From positions 47,926,001 through 47,990,000 of the forward strand of contig CM060734.1 of the NCBI GenBank assembly GCA_030704615.1: a DNA stretch of 64,000 nt, in the 5' to 3' direction. The notes beneath the pieces are model-generated. The model did not search any database. It was not told the origin of the DNA and saw only the letters and a program-made list of their open reading frames with translations. The translations under genes and the position numbers were made by a program. The DNA comes from Takakia lepidozioides. Taxonomy: Eukaryota > Plantae > Bryophyta. Below are positions 47,859-61,560 of this stretch, one piece after another; position 1 is the first letter of the stretch, and the number at the start of each line of letters is the position of its first letter.

Positions 47859-50800
47859 TCAACTTGGACCCAGAAATTGGACCACAGATTGAGCAGTACA
47901 GTAAGCAATAGACTGTACAGTGACCATTGGATTCACCCCTGATGCGGTCGGGAAAACACTTGCATCCCCTACGAAAAGCCCTTCAACCTCCCACGTTTCA
48001 CCCTGAGGGTCTACTACGGAGACCATAGGATCAGGGCCCATTCGGCAACTTCCCATTTGATGTGCTGAAGCAAGCTGAACACTTCCCTTAACGAGCCCCT
48101 TTGTCCTAAGACGGTGTAGAAATTCCTCAATCTCTGAGTGTGAAGCTCCCAGAACTTGGAGACTCGACTGCCCTACTTGGTGCTGGGTGCCAACCTCAAC
48201 AGCTCCAGCAGCAATGAGAATTCGTAAAGCTTTCTCCGTTCCTTCAACCAAAGTATCTGCATCATGTTTACTGATATCATAATCGATTTTAGGTTGTCCA
48301 TCCTTCTCTATCTGAACTGTCCCGCTGCCTTCATCACGAGTCAATACAATAATATGGGCGGTCCTTGGGTACCGCCGCAATCTGTCCTTGAAGGTGGCCC
48401 CTGAGCGCCAGGGTGTTAGAGCTCCAAAGAATGCGGGCAGCATAAACGGAACTTCCAGCAATGCGCCATAACCCGTGGTCTCCCACTTAGCAGCTTCATA
48501 TGAGACACACGTCATAATTCCACCTTCATAGACAGTTCCCTTAGGTCCTGTGCCTTCAGGAAAATAACCCCACGCCATCTGGACAGGGTGAAGATGCAAA
48601 TTCTTCCCTATGTTTGGATTTGTAAGACCGCTTCTAAGCAAAAGGGGAGGGGTCATTAACGATCCGCAAGCCACCACTGTCGCTCGGGCAGAGATGAACA
48701 GGCGAGCCGGCCCACTACCAACAGTGGCAACCACACCCTCGGCCTGCCGGGCCTTCCTAGATTTCTTGTGGTTAGGGGAGTGGAGAACCGCATCAGCAGT
48801 ACACCCGACCAGAATCACAGCGTTATGAGTGGTTGCATCCACAAGCCATGTCTCGGAGGTTGCTTGCTTCATACCAGTCCGGCACCCAAGAGCACAGTGC
48901 CCACAGTTGTGCTCGGTTCCGGCATTTCTGGGAATGTTACCCACCTGCACAGATATCAACAGATCAATGTGAGTCCATCATGCAAGGAGGTCAAACTTGC
49001 CAGGTGCGAGAATTGGAGTTCACAAGCTTTAGCCCGCATAAAGTTCAATCTAAACACATGTGTACATAGTTGAAATCAAGACGTACATAACTAAATTATA
49101 TGTACAGTTAGAATCCAGAAATCTTACCAAATAGCCCAGTTTCTCGCAACCTTCCCTAAGAACCTTATTCTGGAAACTTTCCTGACGAAATTCCGACTGC
49201 ACACCGAGACGTGAGCACACCGCGTCCATGGCCTGCTGATAATCCTCGCTTCCAAACAGAGAGAGCTCGTGGACCTCCGACCATTCGCGAAGCACATGGG
49301 CAGGAGTCTTGAACGACGCGGCCCAATTGATTGCTGTACCCCCTCCGACAGTGGTTCCTGCCAATATACCGATACTTCCATCCTCCGTTGACAACAGACC
49401 TCCCCTCTCGTACATCTCCCTGTAAGTGGGTCCTTCTAGCAATGACAAGTCTTGTCTTGCAAAGTACCGTCCTTTTTCTAGAATTACAACTCTGAAACCC
49501 GCTTCCGCCAGCACTGCAGCGACTACCCCTCCTCCTGCGCCAGACCCGATAACCACCACATCACATTCGATTGCCACATCCCTCTCTGATGGTTTCCTAT
49601 CTTTGCTGGCCAGCTCAACCTTGGAGGCATCATCCAACACTGTGCATCCAGCCTTGGAGAGTAGAGACCGCAGAGAAGAAGTGTCGCCTGCCGAAGCTCC
49701 CAAATCGACCACTTTATTTTCAAGAGGCCTGGGAGACAACTGATGAGGGGCTCTGAAATTAGAAATGGGGTTTGCCAAGTCGACACCAGAGTAGCCAATG
49801 GCGTTATGTACAGGGTTGCGCCCATTAGCATCAACCTGCATCCAAAAGAAACTCTCAAGTGCAGATTTAAATTACTTTCAAATTGCAAACTTGCACAGAC
49901 TGATTGATCGATATATATATATATATCACTGAGATGGCTTCCTAAGTAGGCAGACAAGTTTACTTCTTCAAGTCTCTCTCTTTCTTTCTTCACATGATAC
50001 TAATTACTCCTGAGGCCCTAACTTCCTGCCACAGGTCTCACAAAATAAGAAACAAACAGTAACTCAAGGTACAAACTCGAACCTTGCTGTAAAAGAGAAA
50101 TTGACTGTAGCTCTTGAATATCTTGAAAATTGATCGAAAGAGAGCTATAGAACTGTCCGCCCAGCTGATCATGATCTGTTCCCTCCTCATAGGAGTCACT
50201 TCTGAAAACTTTTGAAAGAATGGAAAGTCGGTCGTCAAACCCTTCCAACCAGCCAAACAAAACGTGCCAAACCGAGTAGAGAGAAGCCAAAGCACTATAC
50301 TAATTAAGCTCAAGACTGGAGACTTCAGTCGTTCTGTCATCGCACCTGCAACCTGCAGCATATTATCGAACCAATAGGGGAGGTGAGATCTAGTGTCTTT
50401 GGGTCTTGAATCAGAATGGGCTGCAGGTAAGACGAGCTGCGAATGTACGTACCATGTTCAGGTACAAAGGCTATTCGATTATTTATCGAGCACTTGCACC
50501 ATATTGCACACATCTACATGTTCCCTCTATAATCGCTGGCCACAAGAATAAACTTACACTCCCCAGAAGTGGTCCAAGCAAGAAGGATAATGTAGACAAG
50601 TTTGATCTACATAGAAATTTCCCCTTCTACTTCCCTAAGTAGTTCCCATTAGATCACGAATGTACCAATCATGAACGACTTACCTCGACAGGGAGTCCAG
50701 CGGCAGACGCAGACAAGCGGTAGAAAGCATCAACGTCGTCATGCAATTTTTTGGCGACATATTCAGGATCTTCGTCGAGAGACGTCCTGAATTGGTTCGT

Positions 50801-51058
50801 TTCTCCAGCCGCCTTGTGGGGGATAGATGGTATCAAGGTATCACACACTGTACTGAGGGCTTCCATCTGATTGACTGAGAATGTGTGTGTGTGGGGTGCT
50901 CGACCACCCCTCAGTAAAGCGTGGGTGCGAGACATCAAGGTGCCTGTCCCTTGGTCACCCGAATTCGGGGAATCCATCTCTTGTAAATCCTTCGTTCTGG
51001 GAGCGGTGGCGCCCTGCGCTGTCTCGTCTTCAGAGGAAAACCCATCAGCAGGAGCCAT
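47859..51058 (-). CDS. FAO: Long-chain (fatty) alcohol oxidase, GMC oxidoreductase family, 4 exons, 812 aa
   Basis: Exons 50684-51058, 50083-50352, 49128-49835 and 47859-48944, all phase 0 and GT-AG. Motifs DVVVIGSGAGGG, ILAGTTVGGGTAINW, CGHC, GKNLHLHP, SAHQMGSCRMG and DASVFPTASGVNPMVT. Confidence 0.96.
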
Positions 51059-53479
51059 TGTAGAAGTGCACCAGCATAAGAGGAGGAATTCTACTCCGAG
51101 AGATGGTGTGTGTGTGTGATGGAGGGAAGATGGGCAGTCTTCTATCCTAACGGGAAAGAGCCAGCTTTACTGAATCGTTACCACGACCACTCCTCAATAT
51201 CAAATTGATCAGTCTTTTTAAGTAGCCCAGCGGTCAAGAGCGGACTCTAGATAATATAACTACCATGATCGTATCCTGATCGTACATGCTGGCTTCGGGC
51301 CAATAGCCACCACGGTTGAACTCTAGGGATGATCACGACGGCCTGCATTTGGTGGGCCCGCTTGTGAAAGTTTTCCTGACAAGCTGATGAGAGTGACACG
51401 ACCTGCAAACGTGTGCACCTCGAGTCAGCGCGCACCGTCTCAAGTTTCCTCATGATCACCCCGTCGACGCCGCTGTCTCTTGACTTCCAAAGAAAACGAA
51501 CGTGAAAGAAACCGTAGTAACCTCCCTACTCCATACCTGTAATTCTCGGCATCTTCTTCGCTGAAATTCCCACTCCTAATCCTGCGCAATTGACAGAAGC
51601 TCGACTTCCCAATCAAATGCTCCCAGAGGATGAAACGACACCATGTTTAATCAAACCAGTATAATTTCCGAATCTATTGCTGTTTTGCTCTTCCAAAGTT
51701 TATTCTTCACACTGTAGGGCCCACTGCGTCCGATACCTGACCTCATGCATGCCGAATCTGTTGCGTTTTTGTTCCCAGTATGACGTTCAAAAGTCGCCCT
51801 CATGCAGGTGCCTGGGCTAATATAGTAATAGCAACTCTGTTCAGATGATTGAGTTGGGTCATTGAACAAGTTTAGAGAAAGATGTAGCTATGTATCACAA
51901 TAACTCATCATAATGCTGGATCTCAATTTGGTAACTTTGATTCAGTGGCATGTGGGACCTTGAAGCCCTTTGAACAAGCCGGAGTTTTTTCCCATAGAGA
52001 AAAGTACTCAATGTCATTGCATGCATTCCAAGGTCTCACAGGGTTATATTGGGATGCAAACGACCGATTCAGCATCATCTGTGGGAATCCGCCAGGCAGG
52101 ATAAAGTCAATTCGGTGTGTCCACAGAGTTCCATGGCACTTTATGTCAGAAGCAAGCATCCCGTCCTCTCTGCGACTTTGGATCTTCGGGAAGGATCACG
52201 TGTTGACAAGAGTATCACAAGCTACACACTATGCATTGTGGCCTTGCTCGCTCACAACGCATCAACAACATGTGGCAGATTTCATCACCACATCCGATCT
52301 TCTTCTTTTTTTACTTTTTTTATTATTTTAATTATTTTTCTTTATTTATTTATTCTTCTTATTTTAGACTGCAATTGTTTACTTTGTAAGGCTTTGGGAA
52401 AAACAAAGTCTGGGCCAGTGCCCTTTGGGGAGAAAAAAAAAACAAAAGAACAAACAAAACAAAAAAAAGGCTTCATAAAACACCCAAAGGGCCTTGGATG
52501 TCCTAGGCTGTTTCATTTATTATATAAAATTTATTTATTTATAGAAGAAAACAAACCACCCCAAAGGAGGACCGAGGTCCAAGTGGCAAGTACTCTTCAT
52601 GGCGCAGGAAAATGGGTAAATGTAATAACTTTTTGTGCTTTTAACCTATGAGATCATGTAATACCTTGACAGAAAGCTCTTAAGATAACACAAATTTTCT
52701 TAGTTGAAAGTTAAACGAGATTCTGACTTTATCTGCTATTAAAAGTGGATAGAAGTCTAGGATGTCAATGTCAGCCTATGGCGCACCTTGTTCCTATCAG
52801 GACTCATCCATATCTTTTCTACCTGAGATGGTAACCGAAAACAAAATCAAAAATACATTGGAAAGCGTTTAATGTGGCCCATCTTTTTGTAGTTGGAGCA
52901 ATTTTCATTAGAGGACATCTACCTATAGCAATTTAAGGATAAAACAAGTGGGCCCATCATGGCAGAAGATATATTGTTCATTTGGTACCTTGGACTTTAA
53001 CCATTTTAACTATTTTAGGAAATTAAGATACCATTGGAAAGCTCTTGATGAGCCCCAGCGTTTTGTAGTTGGAACAATTTCAGTAAAGTTCATCTACCTA
53101 GGGTAATTTGAGTGTAAAGTGATTTTCATGAAAGGTGTATTGTAGTTCATTCCTCTTAGGGTAAGCTTGTTGGCCTATCATGGCGCACCCCACCTTAACA
53201 CGTTCCAAAACTGGGCATATTTTCTTGCACCATGGGCGCACTTTGAGCGCCACTATTGGGCCCAAGATCAGTGCTTCTACCCTAGGGTTGAAGATACTTA
53301 AGGCAAAGTATGCGGGCATTGTCAGAAAGAACAACAAAAAATGCAGCAAGACCTCAAAAAAGCACCCTAAACCCTAAACCCTAAACTGGTGCCAAAATTA
53401 ACTTGGAATTTGGAAACAATCCTTTGATAGCCTGTTGTCGGGATGGATGATGAATGAAATATTGACTCGGTGCACATCT

Positions 53480-53921
53480 AGTTGAGGCTATAAAAATAAA
53501 ATATGCAATGTACAAATACCTACCTGTTAATCTGTCACTTGCCTAGTAAGTTCAGCATATGTTGTTGTATGTATATTTACCGTGGACAAAAATTATTCTA
53601 GAACAGAGCATGTATACAATTTGAATCTGTCGGTGAATATGAGTACTCTTACCTGGCAGTGATTGTAAGTACACCTTTATTCGACATTTCTATTCATCCA
53701 GTTGAGGCTATAAAAATATGCAATGTGCAAATACCTATTTGTTAATCTGTCACTTGCCTAGTAAGTTCAACATATGTTGTTGTATGTATAGTTGTTGTGG
53801 ACAAAAATTATTCTAGAACAGAGCATGTATACAATTTGAATCTGTCGGTGAATATGAGTACTCTTACCTGCCAGTTATTGTCACTAATAGACAATCACCC
53901 TTATTTGACATTTCTATTCAT
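53480..53921 (+). repeat. ~220 bp tandem duplication
   Basis: Units start AGTTGAGGCTATAAAAATA at 53480 and 53700 and end GACATTTCTATTCAT. Confidence 0.9.
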
Positions 53922-54809
53922 TTGAAGATGGTTTAGGTTCTAAATTTACATTCTGCTTGCACATCCCACCAAGGTGAGGTGGAGCTCTTTATGTCCTAGG
54001 TATGTCATCCTGGGAAAGCTCTTTTTTTTTCTTTCTTTTTTGTTGGAGCTTTTGGAAAGCTCTAGAAGTACTAACTAGGAGGACCCACCCTCCTACTTAT
54101 ATGCAAGCCTCTACACGTGGCCTCACTTTTCACCCATTTCAACATAGGTGCCCACTGCCCTCCCTCCCCATTGGCCGCTCCAATCCACTCCATTTTTCTT
54201 ACTTCAGAAATAGTCCCTCCAGAATTTGGGACCCTTATTATTAGCCTGCTCTTTGTTATCTCTGTCGGTAGCATCTCCAGTTGTTTCTTCCGAGTCCTCC
54301 GCTCGGATTCCCGGAACTCTTCGATGGTCTGTGGTTTGATTCATCCTTGTCGACGTCAGAATTTTCGGCAGTGTACCTTGTCTCCGGCGTAAAATCAGGA
54401 TTCATGTCAAGCCCTCCTTGATACTCGTTATTCTCCGCATGAACTTCGCCAACATTTCACACCACCGGGGTCCCAATGGCCTCCTTTAAGGTGTCAGCAT
54501 CCATAAGTCCATAAGGAAGATGATGTCAAGGACGAGAACATGACTGAACACAAACAAGAGATCGGACTAGAGGTACAAGACTAAACACAGTCAAGGTCGG
54601 CGTGGCCGAATGCATGGTGGGTAAACATGAATCAAAATGATCTTTATAACAATGGACAAAAGTACAAGATACTGGAACTCGACTCGAATACTTTAATGCT
54701 GGAAACTGGACTGGGTACCAGATACTGGAAACTGGTGGAAGCTGGACTGGAGTACTGGGACTGGGAACAAGAGTAGCTTGAACTTGTGGTGGCGAGATTG
54801 TTGTCCATC

Positions 54810-57800
54810 AATCTATGAAGCGAGACGTTTGTTTTGTTTTGTTTTGTAGCGTTGAGATGTCCCAAACCGCGAGACCCCAACACTGGTGCTTGGTGCCGTT
54901 GGAAAGCCCTCGACGAGGAGGGGTGCACGGGCTTGGTCTCACGATTTTTGGACCTGTGGTGTGGGAGATACGGAATTCCAAGTACTTTTGATCGTTGAAA
55001 ATTCACGAAAAGTAGCAAAAATGGCAAAGTGAGCATTCTTGAGACAATGGTTGGAGCCTCGACGAGAGAGATATCAAGGGAAAGGTCTCTGGTTCAAATC
55101 TAGTAGTAGGCTATGTGCAAAAAAAATGCATTTGGACTTAGATGACATTGGACACTTGGGCCAATGGCACAGGCTACCCTAGATTGATGGGAGATATATC
55201 AATAATGAATTGGATATTACTACTCAATAAATTCATGAAAAAAATAAATGGGGCCTTGACATGGGAGACGTACTTGGATACATAGGAGATTGCACATTGA
55301 GCTTAGATGGGTCTCAACATGGGAGACGCACATGGGAGACGCCCTTGGTACATAGGGTATGGCACTTGGGCTTAGATAGACAACGACATATGAGATGCAC
55401 AGGGATACGTAGGAAATTGCACTTGATCTTAGATTTCAATTTTTCACACATGCAGTCAACAGCAGAGGCTACCCTAGAGGTCGCACTTGGGCCTCTACAT
55501 GGGAGACGTACTTGGATACATAGGAGATTGCACTTGGGCCAATGGCATAGGCTACCCTAGAGGTCGCATTTGGGCCTCGACATAGGAGACGCAATACATG
55601 AATAGAAGATTGCACTGGGGTTTAGATGGGCCTCGACATAGGAGACACATTTGGATATATAGAAAATTACACTTGGTCTTAGATTTCAATTATTGACACA
55701 TGGGCCTCGACATAGGAGAAAAAAATGATCAGACTTAAATGACTTAGATGACATTTGACACTTTGGCCAACGGCACAGGCTACCCTAGTATATATAGGAA
55801 GACAAGTAATCTATGAAGGAAGCGAGACGTACGTTTGTTTGTTTTGTTTTGTTTTGTTTTGTTTTTTCGTTGAGATGTCCCAAACCGCGGGGCCCAGCCT
55901 TGGTGCTTGGTACCTTTTGAAAGCCTTCGACGAGGAGGGTGCACGGGCTTGGTCTCATGATTTTTGGACCAGCGGTGTGGGAGATGTCGAATTTCAAGTC
56001 CTTTTGGTCGCCGGAAATTCGCAAAAAATAGGAAAGTGGGCTTTCCTGGCACAATGATCGGAGCCTCGACGGGAGAGATATCAAGGAAAATGTCTCCAGT
56101 TCAAATCTGGTCATAGGCTCTATGGAAAAAATGATTATATATGGCTTGTTTTATATATTAATCACTACAACAGATCGCGGTAGTTATGACTGCCAAACCG
56201 TGGTAGTCATGGTTTTCATGACTTTGACCATGACTGCACCATGTTTTTATTTGAAATTGACCTCCCGCAGTCGTTCATACGACTGTAGTCATATGAACGA
56301 CTATCTAAATAGTCGTCTGTATGACTACATGACTCCGGAATGGGCGGAAGGCTGGTCAACGACAATTGACCAGATTTAGCTCACCATTCATAGTCATTTC
56401 CATGACTACAGTGTACATGGATGAGGTTACGTAGTCATGATGACTAATGGGGATTTTGTAATTTGGTGTGTATAATACAATTAAAACACCATATGATCAT
56501 ATGAATGACGAATGGGTGTATTGGTTAACAGGTAGTGAACTATAACTCTTATAGTAAAGAGGTTGTAGGTTCAAACTCCTCTAAGTACAATCAAATAGAT
56601 AAGATGGCCCTAGGGTTAGTAGGCAAGCTAGAGATAACACGTGGTATCCTAGATGGACTGTCACGTGGTTTTTTCATTATTATAAAATGCATTATGACAT
56701 GTGGCACAATGCGGTGCGACGTGGCGTTTAACATATGTTTTTATTTTTTTTATTTTTTTTATTTAATTTAATTTTTTAAATCAATTGCGCCTCGCCACGT
56801 GGCGCGGCAGCGGCGGCTGTAGTATGGTATATATGACTGCAATGAGAGATATCACTTGGTTCATATGACTGTAGTCATCCGGACCGTACCATCCTGTACT
56901 CATTGTATTGACTTGGTTTGCACGACTTACAGTCATAGAAGTCATATGTACCGTTTATGACTGTAGAATAGTCATATATACAGTCATAAATACCGCGATC
57001 TGTTGTAGTGAATGCACTTGGACTTAGATGACATTAGACACTTGGGCCAACGGCACAGACTACTCTAGTCAATATATGAATCGAGACGTTTGTTTGTTTT
57101 GTTTTGTTTTGTTTTGTTTTGTAGCATTAAAATGTCCCAAACCGCAAGGCTCCGGCGTTGGTGTTTGGTACCGTTGAAAAGCCCTCGACGAGGAGGGGTG
57201 CACCGGCTTGGTCTCATGACTTTTGGAGGTCTGCAGTGTGGGAGATGTGGAATTCCAAGTACTTTTGGTCGCTGGAAATTCACAAAAAATACCCAAAATG
57301 GCAAAGTAGGCATTCCTGGGACAATGGTTGAAGCTTCGAAGGGAGAGATATCAAGGAAAAGGTCTCCAGTTCAAATCTAGTCGTAGGCTCTGTGGAAAAA
57401 AACTTACTTAGATCACATTGGACACTTGGGCCAATGACACAGGCTATCCTAGGGCCTAGAGGTTGCACTTGGGCCTCGACATAGGAGACGCACTTGGATA
57501 CATAGGAAATTGCATTGGATACATAGGAGATTGGACTTGGGCTTAGATGACAATGGACAATTGGGGCTCAATATGGGAGATGCACTTGGATACATGAATA
57601 GAAGATTGCACTTGGATACATAGAAAATTACATTTGGTCTTAGATTTCAATTCTTCATATGTGGGCCAAACGGCATAGGCTCTGTGGAAAAAAACATGCA
57701 TTTGGACTTAGCTGACATTGGACCCTTAGGCCAACGGCAGAGGCTACCCTAGAGGTCGTACTTGGGCCTCGACATAGGAGACGCACTTGCATACATAGGA

Positions 57801-58170
57801 GATTGCACTTGGGCTTAGATGACACTTGACACTTGGGCCAACGGTACAGGCTACCCTGGAGTCATACTTGGGCCTAGACATAGGAGACGCACTTGAATAC
57901 ATAAGAGATTGCACTTGGGTATACACATGATCTTGGACACTTGGGCCAACGGCACAGGCTACCCAAAAATTTGGGAAAATAGCAAAGTGGGCTTTTCTGG
58001 ACAATGATTGGAGCCTTGACATGACATATATCAATAATAATTGGATATATAGTAACTCAATAAATTCATGAAAAAATTGAATTGGACCTTAACATAGAAG
58101 ACGAACTTGGATACATAGGAGATTGCACTTGGGCTTAGATGACACTAGACATTTGGGCCTCTACATAGAG
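54810..58170 (+). repeat. Complex satellite / TE-subterminal repeat block
   Basis: Three ~320-370 bp units (~54810, ~55810, ~57075; GTTTT runs followed by ATGTCCCAAACCGC) are interleaved with many short CACTTGG(G/A) and CATAGGAGA repeats. Confidence 0.85.
56163..57010. mobile_element. Complete non-autonomous CACTA (En/Spm) element, 848 bp
   Basis: ~30-bp TIRs CACTACAACAGATCGCGGTAGTTATGACTG / CAGTCATAAATACCGCGATCTGTTGTAGTG (1 mismatch). 3-bp TSD AAT at 56160-56162 and 57011-57013. Many ATGAC/GTCAT subterminal repeats. Confidence 0.95.
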
Positions 58171-58171
58171 A

Positions 58172-58363
58172 TGTTGTCGTGCACATACATATCGCTACAC
58201 AACTACATCGCTGTCCAAAACCACACAACTGTACATGTGCACACCAAACACTAGTCTATCACTAGTCCACCACTAGGCAACCACTAGTCACCACTAGTGC
58301 AGCTACTAGTCCAACCACAAGGCTGCCACTAGCCACCACTAGTGCAGCCACTAGTCCATCACA
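58172..58363 (-). mobile_element. Candidate 3' LTR (192 bp, TG...CA) preceded by a polypurine tract
   Basis: On the minus strand TAGGGGGGCGAT is followed by TGTGATGG...GACAACA, downstream of the integrase. No matching 5' LTR is in the window. Confidence 0.55.
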
Positions 58364-61300
58364 ATCGCCCCCCTAGCTAGTGCTTAGGTCCCTCTAAGTC
58401 CAGGTAGTCACAAGATGTAATAGTGGCATAGCCTCATTAAGTCCTCCACCACTGTCCCTACTACACACAAATTTGATAGATCAAGAAGCCGGGTACAAGA
58501 GTTGCCCCATTGTTAGTTGTCGTCTTGCAACCTGTGAACTTGAGCCTGAGATCTCGGGTATTGACTCCTATGAGCTTGGCCTCCCATGTCTTGTTAGCTG
58601 CCACTAGTCATATCCACGGCCACTATCCCAAGCAGTGTAGACACAACCAATCTCCATCAAGAACCCTCTCAAGAGGTGGTGTCAAGCATCTTATGTGCCA
58701 ATCTCTTGAGCATCGATCAAACACCAGCATAGTGGCGGCACCACGAGCATGCAACGCAACCCTACAAATACCACTGCAAAATTGGGATATATCTTCCCAT
58801 CCACATATGGAAGGTGACATGGCGCACAATTGCGCACATGGTCCTTCCATACCATGTCATCTCGACCATCCAGAATCAACACTCCTGAAGGCAATACCTC
58901 CCTAACCCTTAGAATCACACGTCCTGCTGTGACATCCAAGGTCGTAGGTGTTGTCTGCTGCAGATACACATAGTCCCCAAGGTGGAAACGCCAAACATCA
59001 AGCCGATATCCCCCCTCCACGTATAGTGACATACCTCAATGTGTCTCGGTGTTGGGCAATAACAAGGTTCTCAAAAGCCATAGACATGACTCTCTTGAAT
59101 AACTCTGCCCGCTGGGCCAGATCATCAAGGTTGAGGACTAGTACTGTAGCCTCTCTGCGAATAGATGCAGGCAAATCCGGCTCTCGGCCAAAGAGAATGA
59201 AATATGGTGAGAAGGAGGCAAGTGATGCTTGCTTGCTAAACCTGTAGCCCATGGCTAACCAAGGTACCTAAAGATCCCAATCTCCTAGATGTCCCTTTTG
59301 CAAACCATACTTGCGCAAACCCTTCTTCACTGTCTGCACCACTCTCTCTGCCAAGCCATCGGCCTCAGGATGATCCCGAGAAGTGGTACGGTGGTCTATC
59401 AAGGCTCTATCACAAAAAACCTAAAACGCCCCCAAGAACTCTTTCCCTTGGTCCGTGAATACCTCAGCTAGGGCATCGAATCGGCTAAGCACACGATCCA
59501 AGAATGCATATGCACCCTTCTCACTAGCCTTGTCAGGCCATGGAACCAACTCAATCCACTTGGAGAAGTGCTCCACCATCACCAACGCATATCTGTGGTG
59601 GCGTATTGTCAGTGGCAACGGCCCTGCAAAGTCAAGACTCCACCTATAACCCAATCCCATAATGGGTAAAAGATGCAACTGTGGTGTAGGGGCGTTGAAT
59701 GAAGCACGCACCCTGTCACACACCATGCACCTAGCCACGAACTGTTGCACCTCTATGTGCATACCATGCCACCAATACTGCCCCTGTAGTAGACTATGAG
59801 TACGTCGTACTCCAAAATGCCCCAACTCCTCATGGGCATGTCGCACTGTGCAGGCTGCGCCTAGATCAACCCATTGCCTCCCTCTGGGCAATCCTTCTTA
59901 ACATGGGGTCCTCCACATGTCCAACACACCACATCCGCCTGTTGTTGGCCTGCAAATGAAGGAAGAGATCCCTGCACCTGAGATCCTTTTTTACCTTCCC
60001 TGGGCTTCATCTGAGCCCCCTTGTTGCCTTGAGCACATTGGGGTAGTGGCTGGCTAGGAGCACCACTACCCCGTGGTGTCTCCTTAGCAAATCCCACCAT
60101 GACCATTTTTTCCTCCACCATGTTGAGCTCTATCCACTCTGCCAGCAAAAACACATTTGCTAAGGTGGGTTGGGCCGCTTGTAGGAGAGTTGCATCCCGC
60201 ACCCTTCTCCTCAGCTCTTTGTCTAATATCCCATACCAGAATTGGGCTGCCTGAGCATCCGTAACCCCTTGGGTTATATTTATCAAGCACCTCATGCGAG
60301 TGAAAGCCTCCCTTAAGCTCTCAATAGGCTTCCTCTGGAACTCTTGCAAGCTCCTCAACTTCTCTGTCCTCACCCCTTGGTAGTTTTTTCTCAACTCTTC
60401 GAAGAACTCCACAACAGGGTTGAAGGCAGGCACGAGCACTGGTGCTGGTGCAACAGTGGCTTGGGTGGACGTCTCAGTCCCTGTACCACTAGTCCCACTG
60501 CTGCTTGTAAAAGCTGCTGGTGCAGCTGCCGATGTGGCTGCTGCCCTTGCCACTCTAGTGCCTCTAGTGATGGAGACATAGTCGGGTGACCAGTACATCC
60601 TCCACTCCTCGATCTCATTGACATCATGCCCCCGCCTAAACTCATGGTAATCATACATGGGCGGCCCCTCAAGGTGCTGAAATAACCCCTTCCTTGCCAT
60701 AAAAGGCGTAAACAGTTGTGGATTGCGCATTTGCTGCAAGTCACACCAACTATCAAACTCTTGGATAAAATCATCCAACTCAATGGTGCCCACAGCCCTA
60801 GAGTACCGTCGTGGCCCCTTGGTAGCTCCATACATCTCCTCCACTGTGTCCCACAACAATGGCAAGGAAGTAACTTGCACCGTTGGCGTGAACCCTCCTG
60901 ATTCAGAATCGGAATCAGAACCTTCATTGGAAGACACAGGAGGTGAAGGTGGCCTAAACCACACACCTCGTCTCGTGTACCCGCTAGTATCGCTAGTGTT
61001 TGTACCGGCACTCTCCCCAGCAATTAGTGGCATCTCCGTGTTGACAAATTGACACTCAACCGGTCATGAACATGTCCCTAACCCCCTTTCCACAAGGTAA
61101 CCGGGTAGAGAACCTGATGCAGCTTATGGTTTGGAATACTAGGTTCCTAACATAGCCTGCACCTGCACCTATATCCACCGCATGCACTCCCATGGTTGGC
61201 TGGTCATCACCTCCAACCTCACCACATGAGAAACAAATATGGTCTAACTGGTCATCAACTCAGCCTCATCATCGACATCATGCTTTAGGGTCGGATCAGC

Positions 61301-61560
61301 GATCAAGCCCGAGTCAACCACCTATAAAAACAAGTGCCCACACAAAACTAGCATGGCGCACAATCAAGCATGCAAGTGTGGAGGGGATCCAAACACAAGA
61401 ATGAAAACAACAACTCCCCCACACCCAAAACACCTCCACAATGTCGCTTCTACAACCCAAGCCAAACCCGGACTGACTCTTGCCTCTACCTACGGAAAGG
61501 TCTTGGCCTACGGAGAAGGTGGAAAGCTATGAGGAAGAGAAGCTACAGCAACGCCTAACC
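58364..61560 (-). mobile_element. Ty3/gypsy copy 2: gag (CCHC knuckle) joined directly to an integrase remnant with a PHD finger
   Basis: The 390-aa gag (59861-61033) ends CWTCGGPHVKKDC. The integrase shows AHEELGHFG..YWW..CMVC, WSLDFAGPLP, EHFSKWIE, TDQGKEF and SPYFILFGREP. PR, RT and RH are absent. Confidence 0.9.

Noticed and set aside
24078-51058. Possible functional cluster (LPA3, PGAP3, LRR, FAO)
   Set aside because: Unrelated pathways, no shared regulatory evidence, and no GPI-signal-like hydrophobic tail on the LRR protein to link it to PGAP3.
52049-52651. 200-aa ORF with a hydrophobic stretch
   Set aside because: Produced by T- and A-rich low-complexity DNA; no domain recognised.
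53365-53385. (CCCTAAA)3 telomere-type repeat
   Set aside because: Only three units, which is common interstitially and not evidence of a chromosome end or fusion.
56511-56585. tRNA-like segment with a B-box (GGTTCAAACTCC) inside the CACTA
   Set aside because: I could not fold a convincing cloverleaf; at best a decayed tRNA/SINE relic.
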